Sequence record: OZ346189.1
Origin: a phage
Length of the DNA: 64,000 bases
Strand: one strand, 5' to 3'
The number at the start of each line of letters is the position of its first letter. The stretch's first letter is position 1. The position numbers and the translations under genes were made by a program. Below, one piece after another: positions 57,851 through 64,000 of the stretch. The notes beneath the pieces were generated by a model that was given only the letters and a program-made list of their open reading frames with translations, had not been told where the DNA came from and did no database searches.

Positions 57851-58135
57851 ATGAAAAAGATGATCGCAGTGGTTACCCTGGTTGTTGGACTTAATGCGCC
57901 TGTAATGGCTAAAGAGCTGGCAAAAGAGGTTAATCTAACGGATATTCATGCCGTCAATCAAATCGGGGTTACTTATCGCTTATGCCTTGCCGCTAAAACT
58001 TTTAAGGACGGCACAACAGAGTACTACGGATTCGAGGGTATCCGGTGCGGTGAGCTTGCTCGCGACCTTAAGGAAGATCCAGACCTGGAGGATCTGCCCA
58101 TAACCGTGAACGGAAAAACTTACGTGAACCGTTAA
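57851..58135 (+). CDS. small secreted/periplasmic protein
   Basis: 94 aa with signal-peptide-like N-terminus MKKMIAVVTLVVGLNAPVMA; RBS agaaagaggatag. Confidence 0.45.
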   Translation: MKKMIAVVTLVVGLNAPVMAKELAKEVNLTDIHAVNQIGVTYRLCLAAKTFKDGTTEYYGFEGIRCGELARDLKEDPDLEDLPITVNGKTYVNR

Positions 58136-58138
58136 CCA

Positions 58139-58273
58139 TGAGAAAGATAATTATTACCATGGGGATCGTGGCGGCAATGTTGGCGATCTTTCCCTTTATG
58201 GTTAGGTATGTGCTGATTAATGTTGTCCTGGTAGTCAGCGATCTGGTGTTATATATTAACTCATTGTTTTAGG
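58139..58273 (+). CDS. small hydrophobic peptide (44 aa)
   Basis: below track cut-off; two hydrophobic stretches. Confidence 0.3.
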
Positions 58274-58469
58274 CGCGATAATGACAGCGGAAGAAGTTAA
58301 AAAAAGTACTGGCGGTACTGCGTTATCATAATCATTGCAAGGTGAAGAATGATCCTGATTATCTTGATTCATCCCTTGAAGAGGATACACTACAAGCCAT
58401 AAGCAACATGCAAGAATTGCTTAAGCGTATGACAGAGAAAAACCGACCGGACTACATAGGGGGTAAAAT

Positions 58470-58781
58470 ATGATCGCTATTACGCCAACCGTTTTAGATT
58501 GGTATCGGCAACGCATAGCGCCTCCGCTGGCTATCTTCAAAGATGCGGAAGCAAAACAACGCCGGATCTCAATACATGAGATCATCAACCTTAACGCTGG
58601 AGGCACACCATACCGCCCAGGACCTGGCCGTGAGATGGACAATACATTGGCGATCCTGAAGATACGCCGTAAACGGTCCTCCCTTACGCTGGATTCATTA
58701 CACACAATGCAGTCCCCGTTCCAGGTGACTGGGAAACGGATCGCCAGGTCCTGGACAAAGGCCAATGACCGGACCGTATAA
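58470..58781 (+). CDS. hypothetical protein
   Basis: 103-aa ORF, RBS gggggtaaaat. Confidence 0.45.
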   Translation: MIAITPTVLDWYRQRIAPPLAIFKDAEAKQRRISIHEIINLNAGGTPYRPGPGREMDNTLAILKIRRKRSSLTLDSLHTMQSPFQVTGKRIARSWTKANDRTV

Positions 58782-58999
58782 ATAAAAAGTGTTTTGGTAC
58801 TGATTTTGGGGTTGACTTGTTCGGCCCCTTTTGCTATTCTTATTAAACGGGCGGCACTTGGGAACAGGGGGAGACAATCACCAGGCCTGCCTGTCATATA
58901 AGAACTATAAAAACCGTTGACATCTGCCAGGGGGTGGGGTAACATTTATCTTGAAGGGGCAAAGGTGCCCACACAACAACCAGAAGAGAGGAAAACACT

Positions 59000-59272
59000 A
59001 TGTCAAGCTGGATTAATCAAGAAGTCGAATCACGTTTTAATGCTATTTGGGATCTCATCGAAAAAGAAGACGGCACATCAAGCCCCTACCTCAACAATTT
59101 GGAATTCCATTTTGTGGAAGCGATGAACGCAGAACATGATCACGAAGGTGGTGCGGACGAGTTCGCTAAAGGGTATGGCTTCAACAATGCCAACGAAATG
59201 ATCGAGGCGGTTGTACTCCAGGCTGAGGAAGATTATCAATTAAAAACGCTTGAATTCTGCCGCCGTAAGTAA
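59000..59272 (+). CDS. hypothetical acidic protein
   Basis: 90 aa, RBS agagaggaaaac, promoter-like ttgaca at 58917. Confidence 0.45.
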   Translation: MSSWINQEVESRFNAIWDLIEKEDGTSSPYLNNLEFHFVEAMNAEHDHEGGADEFAKGYGFNNANEMIEAVVLQAEEDYQLKTLEFCRRK

Positions 59273-59332
59273 TAAGATAATGACACGGGCCGGGAGGCCC
59301 ACTAATCAGAACCACACAAAGAGGTAAACATC

Positions 59333-59596
59333 ATGAAACGTCTTGATCAGCTTAAACTAGTTCAGTACATGGCCTACAAAGTTCTTGAAGTCCAAAAAGG
59401 TAGCAAAAAAGAGGTTTGCGAGAAAGCATATAAGATCTTTACCCGTAAAAAAGATGATTGGATGTTACGCCAGACCAAAAAAGCCGATATCCTGGGATAC
59501 CTGGAAGAAGAGATCCGACTTGAAGAACAAGAAGAGATCCGCCGTAGTGAGGCAGATTATCAGGCAGCTTGGGAAAACTGGATGAGCAACAAATAA
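59333..59596 (+). CDS. hypothetical protein
   Basis: 87 aa, RBS aagaggtaaac. Confidence 0.45.
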   Translation: MKRLDQLKLVQYMAYKVLEVQKGSKKEVCEKAYKIFTRKKDDWMLRQTKKADILGYLEEEIRLEEQEEIRRSEADYQAAWENWMSNK

Positions 59597-59662
59597 TACA
59601 ACAAGTTACATGGTCAGGGGCAATAAAGCCCCTTGATCACATAAAAATTATGCTATCCCTGG

Positions 59663-59691
59663 TTGACAGGGATCGGCAGTTTTGCTATATT
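59663..59691 (+). promoter_or_regulatory. sigma70-like promoter
   Basis: ttgaca-N17-tatatt with inverted repeat ccctg/caggg around the -35. Confidence 0.5.
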
Positions 59692-59740
59692 CTTTTTTGA
59701 AGGGAAGTTGTAAGAAAATTAACTAAGAGGTAAAAACACC

Positions 59741-60160
59741 ATGAACATTAAATCTAATAATCCGGCATATAGCTTTGATAACGCTTTTTGTCACGGTCCG
59801 GCGGCGAAAGGATTCGAAATCGATGGTAAACTAATTATTGTCAATGTTGACGGGGAAGAGGTTGCAGTATATCCGGTGGCAGACGTAAAAAGCCGTTTAC
59901 AATGCCGCATGGATGTTACCGCCTATCAGCTTGATCCGGTCCGCATAGTTGCCCTGGTCCTGGAAGAAGAAATTAAAGCCATGCACCATAGCAACAGATT
60001 TATTGGTGACGCGCAGGATAATATGAAAGTATGCCGCCATAAAGTTAATGAAGTGCTTAAAGAGTACGGCTATAAAGATCTTATGATCAAACGTGAGGAA
60101 AAATTCCGCTACCGTAACGACCTGGCAAATCGGATTTTTGAAATATACGAATCATTATAA
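59741..60160 (+). CDS. hypothetical protein
   Basis: 139 aa, RBS aagaggtaaaaac. Confidence 0.5.
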   Translation: MNIKSNNPAYSFDNAFCHGPAAKGFEIDGKLIIVNVDGEEVAVYPVADVKSRLQCRMDVTAYQLDPVRIVALVLEEEIKAMHHSNRFIGDAQDNMKVCRHKVNEVLKEYGYKDLMIKREEKFRYRNDLANRIFEIYESL

Positions 60161-60180
60161 TTTTTTAACTGAATTATCAA

Positions 60181-60204
60181 GGGGCTTAGGCCCCTTTCTT
60201 TTTG
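60181..60204 (+). terminator. rho-independent terminator closing the rightward small-gene array
   Basis: ggggcttaggcccc followed by tttctttttg. Confidence 0.6.
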
Positions 60205-60589
60205 TCTGCTCTTCCTCCTACCACAAACGGCCCAGCCTGGCAAGTGGAATAATTGACTAGCCATCAATCCCACACACTGTACAAATATACATGGAAAATA
60301 ACTATTGCATAATTTTTCATTGTGTGGTAGCAGGTCCATTTTTACCCGTTTTCTCTCTCAAAATTGCACGTAATGCCGCTATTGCACAAAATTTAACCTG
60401 ATGCACATCTTCAATATCTTGTCAACAACTAAAAATCTTTATAAGTCATACACTTACACACTCACAAAAGCGTGTTCTACGTGAAAAATCGAGTATAACT
60501 ATAGCCGCCAGATCTCAGAATTTACAAAGGCCATCATTAAAGCTTCAGTAAAATCAGTCATTCCTCACCTCTTGTTAGTCACTATACTA

Positions 60590-60853
60590 TCATTTATCCT
60601 TGTCGTCAAGAACTTTTTTAAATCTTTCAGGGATATCTCCCGTTCTTAGATAGTTCATGACCTCGCAAGGTTCCCACTTGAATTTCTTACAGAGCAGGGC
60701 GGCTGAGATTGTTTCATTGCGAAAAGAAAGGATATTAATATCCCACTCTGAGAACCCCAACTTCCGAAGGGTAGCTACAGAAATCCTCACCGCAACCCAG
60801 CAGCAAAAACATGCAACAAACGCCACTGCTACAACCCACATCAGGATGTTCAT
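60590..60853 (-). CDS. small membrane protein
   Basis: 87 aa with N-terminal hydrophobic helix ILMWVVAVAFVACFCCWVAV. Confidence 0.45.
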   Translation of the reverse strand: MNILMWVVAVAFVACFCCWVAVRISVATLRKLGFSEWDINILSFRNETISAALLCKKFKWEPCEVMNYLRTGDIPERFKKVLDDKDK

Positions 60854-60942
60854 ATAAGCACCTTACTGAAATACAAGACACAGTGTTAAGGTTACTGACC
60901 AGCAAATAATTAACAGTGCCGTTGCAACCTTGGCAAGATTTA

Positions 60943-61230
60943 TCATAGTGCCTCTAAGATTTCATATCCTTCGGGTCGGAATACAAGCCACTCCGTGGCT
61001 CCGTTTGGTCGATACGCTTTATACAGAACAACCTGGTCTCGGCACATGCACATGGCTACATAGTTTTCATCCACACCTGCAGCCTGCATTGCATCTTCTT
61101 CTCCGGCAACTGCTTTGCTTACAACTTCCTTGGTAGGCAGGTGTGCGATCAGCTCGTCACCATCATTAATTCCAAAATGGCTGAGTTCGCCGTTGGTATC
61201 TTTAATCTTAATCTTAACCAGATCTTTCAT
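60943..61230 (-). CDS. small acidic protein, paralogue family 1
   Basis: 95 aa; MKDLVKIKIK N-terminus, C-terminus PEGYEILEAL. Confidence 0.45.
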   Translation of the reverse strand: MKDLVKIKIKDTNGELSHFGINDGDELIAHLPTKEVVSKAVAGEEDAMQAAGVDENYVAMCMCRDQVVLYKAYRPNGATEWLVFRPEGYEILEAL

Positions 61231-61559
61231 TAGTCTTCCCCCAGGTTCAAAGGTCCTAAGATTTCATATGCCAGATTAGAAGTTACAAGAGGGTCTTCTG
61301 CGTCTTTAGTATTATACCACCCGTGAATAACCAGAGTCCCACTTTGTTTCATGTCCAACTGGAACTCTTCTGCCGTTTCCTCATCCAGCTCCAAGATTTC
61401 CATAAGGTATTTGATGTTAGGGAGGTATGCAGCTGTTACAGTCCCCTCTACCAGACCTTCAGGCCAACCTACATCTGGATGACAAGTAGGAACCAGATTG
61501 GTCAGCTTAATGGTGTACGCTTTTTCTGCACGAGCCTTCAGTAACGGGTCAATCTTCAT
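61230..61559 (-). CDS. small acidic protein, paralogue family 1
   Basis: 109 aa; translationally coupled with neighbours. Confidence 0.45.
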   Translation of the reverse strand: MKIDPLLKARAEKAYTIKLTNLVPTCHPDVGWPEGLVEGTVTAAYLPNIKYLMEILELDEETAEEFQLDMKQSGTLVIHGWYNTKDAEDPLVTSNLAYEILGPLNLGED

Positions 61560-61909
61560 TATTCGTCCTCCTCTTCGGTACCTGCTTCCAGTAATAAGTT
61601 AAGAATATCTTCTGCACAAGGCTCATAGAACTCTTGGCCTTCATTATCGATGATTTTGTAGTCATCTCCGCGAATAATCAGAGGATCACTCTCAAAATTA
61701 TCGAGACCTTTAACAACGACAACACGATCGATTGCCATCATTGTAAGAACTTTATCGACATCTTCCTCTGCTACACCATACTGCAGCAGAATGTCTTTGG
61801 TAGGAGGAACAGCATCCACCACAACACCGTTACCAAAACCTTCCGGTAAGTTAGCTAAAATATCTTCCGGAACCACACTAACATCAAAACCAGTAATTTC
61901 TACTTTCAT
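61559..61909 (-). CDS. small acidic protein, paralogue family 1
   Basis: 116 aa; MKVEITGF start, acidic tail TEEEDE. Confidence 0.45.
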   Translation of the reverse strand: MKVEITGFDVSVVPEDILANLPEGFGNGVVVDAVPPTKDILLQYGVAEEDVDKVLTMMAIDRVVVVKGLDNFESDPLIIRGDDYKIIDNEGQEFYEPCAEDILNLLLEAGTEEEDE

Positions 61910-62170
61910 TTACAGCACCTCTTCGTCAACTACTTCATAAAAATGGCCTGGGATTGCAATAGCGTTCTCACCTTCACCTACAAACACAGTTCCGTCAAGA
62001 ATCAACATCATAAGAGTTTCTGGAATATCCTCTTCCTGAACGTTGCCAAAACCTTTAATCAGCTCGTAGGTTGGAAGATTTACCTCTAAGATGTCACCAT
62101 CTTTAGAGCGGAAATCAACACCATCCTGAATCTCTGCCATTTCAAGGTTTTTCAGTTTAATCTTCATCAA
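61910..62170 (-). CDS. small acidic protein, paralogue family 1
   Basis: 86 aa; MMKIKL start, C-terminus HFYEVVDEEVL. Confidence 0.45.
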   Translation of the reverse strand: MMKIKLKNLEMAEIQDGVDFRSKDGDILEVNLPTYELIKGFGNVQEEDIPETLMMLILDGTVFVGEGENAIAIPGHFYEVVDEEVL

Positions 62171-62246
62171 TCAGTCTCCCGTCTTGTTAAGATGAAGGTA
62201 TTATTTCACACAGGGTTGGCGTTGTCAACACCTGTGTGCAAGAAAA

Positions 62247-62642
62247 TTACTGAAACAGTGCGGATAAATTACCTTCTGGTGGGAACTTATCTGCCAAAAA
62301 CGGTGTTAGCACAGTAGCCTTCTGAAGATCTGGGGTCCACTCGTTGTTCAGAACATCCCAGTAGTACGCAATGTTGCTGTGTGGGTGCCGCATTACGAAC
62401 TTTTTCCCTTCGTAGTCATCTGAAACCTCTACAGAAGAAATAACAACAGAATCTTCAAGGGTTTCTTCATAGAAAGATCCACCTTCAAATTTCCAACGAG
62501 ATGCAAGAGCTCCTGCCTTGAACGCTGCAGATAACGGACTGTCTGCAAGAACATACATTTCTTGCACTCTGTCGCTGCGATCTTTGCTTCTTACGTTGTA
62601 TACAGTATCTGAGCTATACTCAACACGGTATAGGCTTACCAT
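62247..62642 (-). CDS. hypothetical protein
   Basis: 131-aa ORF. Confidence 0.45.
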   Translation of the reverse strand: MVSLYRVEYSSDTVYNVRSKDRSDRVQEMYVLADSPLSAAFKAGALASRWKFEGGSFYEETLEDSVVISSVEVSDDYEGKKFVMRHPHSNIAYYWDVLNNEWTPDLQKATVLTPFLADKFPPEGNLSALFQ

Positions 62643-63001
62643 TACCGCACCTCCTCAATAACTTCCACATCTGAGCCCACCACAAATGCAAAAGGACAGG
62701 TTTCATGAAAGACATCCGGATCGCCGCCAAGCTTGCTAACAATCTCTCCACCACTAATAAACACAAGCTCACCGATATTCATCAGATTGCTGAAATAGTA
62801 CCCATAATGATTAAAGAATGCAGCAGGGTCAGGTAGACTAGTAGCCTCAAGCACTACATCAGTTGAGGTTACTTTCTTATCATAACCTCTCGCCTTTTGA
62901 GATGCAAGATCTGCAGAATCCTCAGGCGACCGGAGATGCACAGGAATTGTTTCACCAATAAAGCGTACTTTCATATTATCACCCAACAACCATAGCTTCA
63001 A
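62642..63001 (-). CDS. small acidic protein, paralogue family 1
   Basis: 119 aa; C-terminus VGSDVEVIEEVR. Confidence 0.45.
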   Translation of the reverse strand: MKLWLLGDNMKVRFIGETIPVHLRSPEDSADLASQKARGYDKKVTSTDVVLEATSLPDPAAFFNHYGYYFSNLMNIGELVFISGGEIVSKLGGDPDVFHETCPFAFVVGSDVEVIEEVR

Positions 63002-63242
63002 AAGGGGTCATGAACGAATAAACGGCATCATCATCTGCTTCAGGGAATGCTCCCAAAGACTTCATGTCTGAGCCCTTGACAAATACAAGGTTTTGATCAA
63101 AAGCTTCTTGAGGATCAATCCGATACATATTTCGTAGAATATCGCCTACCTCCTCATCAAGAGGTGAGTATGCTGTGCACGTTTTTCCGATCAAGCTTTG
63201 AGAATCAGGGTATCCACCTGAAGTTTTAAAATAAACAATCAT
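62979..63242 (-). CDS. small acidic protein
   Basis: 87-aa ORF. Confidence 0.4.
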   Translation of the reverse strand: MIVYFKTSGGYPDSQSLIGKTCTAYSPLDEEVGDILRNMYRIDPQEAFDQNLVFVKGSDMKSLGAFPEADDDAVYSFMTPFEAMVVG

Positions 63243-63333
63243 ATAGTATCACCTCTGGTAAGAGATTGGGATTCCTTTCCCACAAATAATTACAAACCTT
63301 CCTTATCGAGGAAGTATGCTAATCCAAGCAGGA

Positions 63334-63603
63334 TTATTCCTCTACAATCTCATACACATCCGGAGTTACAATCAACTCTTCTCCGTTACCCGGTGCAACA
63401 AACACCACCATGCCTTCAGGTGTGTGCTTTTTAGCCATCTCGATAACATCTTCTCGCAGAGCTGGCTCCATCAGATCAAAACCTTCACCCAGGGCATCAC
63501 GAACCACCTTCATATAGTCAACTGGTTGTGCTTCGACAATCATACCTTCAACCAGTCCACAGTTTTTGTCTGCCAGCTCAGTTTTGAATAATTTAATTTT
63601 CAT
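63334..63603 (-). CDS. small acidic protein, paralogue family 1
   Basis: 89 aa; MKIKLFK start, C-terminus TPDVYEIVEE. Confidence 0.45.
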   Translation of the reverse strand: MKIKLFKTELADKNCGLVEGMIVEAQPVDYMKVVRDALGEGFDLMEPALREDVIEMAKKHTPEGMVVFVAPGNGEELIVTPDVYEIVEE

Positions 63604-63740
63604 TTAGAGGTCTCCTCAATTATTTGATATTAATAGCCGTAACCTAACACATTAACTACAACTGCGATTGCAAACATAATTTCAAAGCATGCAATCTCTA
63701 CATTTGGAACTAATTTCTTGATCACACCCATTGTAGCACC

Positions 63741-63992
63741 TCATTCTCTAAAGTCAATCTTTACTTTGCCTTTCCCCTTACCTTTCTTTCCACCGCATTT
63801 AGCCAGTTGACGTGCTGCAACATCTACCATACGGTCAGTTGCCTCGTAAGCATCACTGCCTTTAGCTTTGGCAATAACTTCTTTTCCAGAATTGTCAAAA
63901 ATGAACGCCATAACTTCCTGGTGATCATTTTCAACTTTTACACTCACACGTGCATAGTTGGCAGAGGGATGCAAACGCTCCAGCTTAGACAT
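63741..63992 (-). CDS. small basic protein with Gly/Lys-rich tail
   Basis: 83 aa; C-terminus GGKKGKGKGKVKIDFRE. Confidence 0.4.
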   Translation of the reverse strand: MSKLERLHPSANYARVSVKVENDHQEVMAFIFDNSGKEVIAKAKGSDAYEATDRMVDVAARQLAKCGGKKGKGKGKVKIDFRE

Positions 63993-64000
63993 TTTGTGGG

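Noticed and set aside
1-64000. Prophage or integrative element features (integrase, att sites, flanking host genes)
   Set aside because: No integrase or recombinase motifs and no host-like genes were seen; the whole window is phage-like, so integration status cannot be judged from this window.

Overview
This 64-kb window reads as a contiguous segment of a large tailed dsDNA phage (Caudoviricetes) genome; no rRNA, tRNA, CRISPR array or integrase was recognised. Consensus sigma70-type promoters (ttgaca-N17-tataat), strong Shine-Dalgarno sites and a DDDIPF tail on one protein suggest a Gram-negative, possibly enterobacterial, host, but this is inference. All calls rest on reading the sequence and the supplied ORF track, with motif comparison from memory; no searches were run. 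Layout: (1) 1-14.3 kb, rightward late module of tail, baseplate and tail-fibre genes, including two paralogous tail-fibre cassettes. (2) 14.4-21.3 kb, leftward block of small genes plus a HAD-type phosphatase and a metallopeptidase/vWA protein. (3) 21.4-40.5 kb, rightward replication and DNA-metabolism module: MoxR-like AAA+ ATPase, SleB-like secreted cell-wall hydrolase, rIIA/rIIB homologues, Dda/Pif1-like helicase, an amino-methyltransferase, a small atypical C5-cytosine-methyltransferase-like protein, T7-type primase-helicase and a family A DNA polymerase. (4) 40.5-48.4 kb, about 20 small genes with several paralogues, a macro-domain protein and an SSB-like protein. (5) 48.4-49.7 kb, a 1.3-kb non-coding hub with iterated motifs and two Fur-box-like palindromes. 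(6) 49.7-60.2 kb, a second array of about 25 small genes, most with their own promoter and a 5'-terminal stem-loop. (7) 60.6-64 kb, leftward array of small acidic paralogues. The most notable single locus is the DNA polymerase gene, which appears doubly invaded: a 323-aa intein with a LAGLIDADG endonuclease domain in the motif A region, and a 276-nt ORF-less group I intron splitting the catalytic HDE motif C. No single discrete novel multi-gene system could be demonstrated from sequence alone; the candidates are listed as findings.
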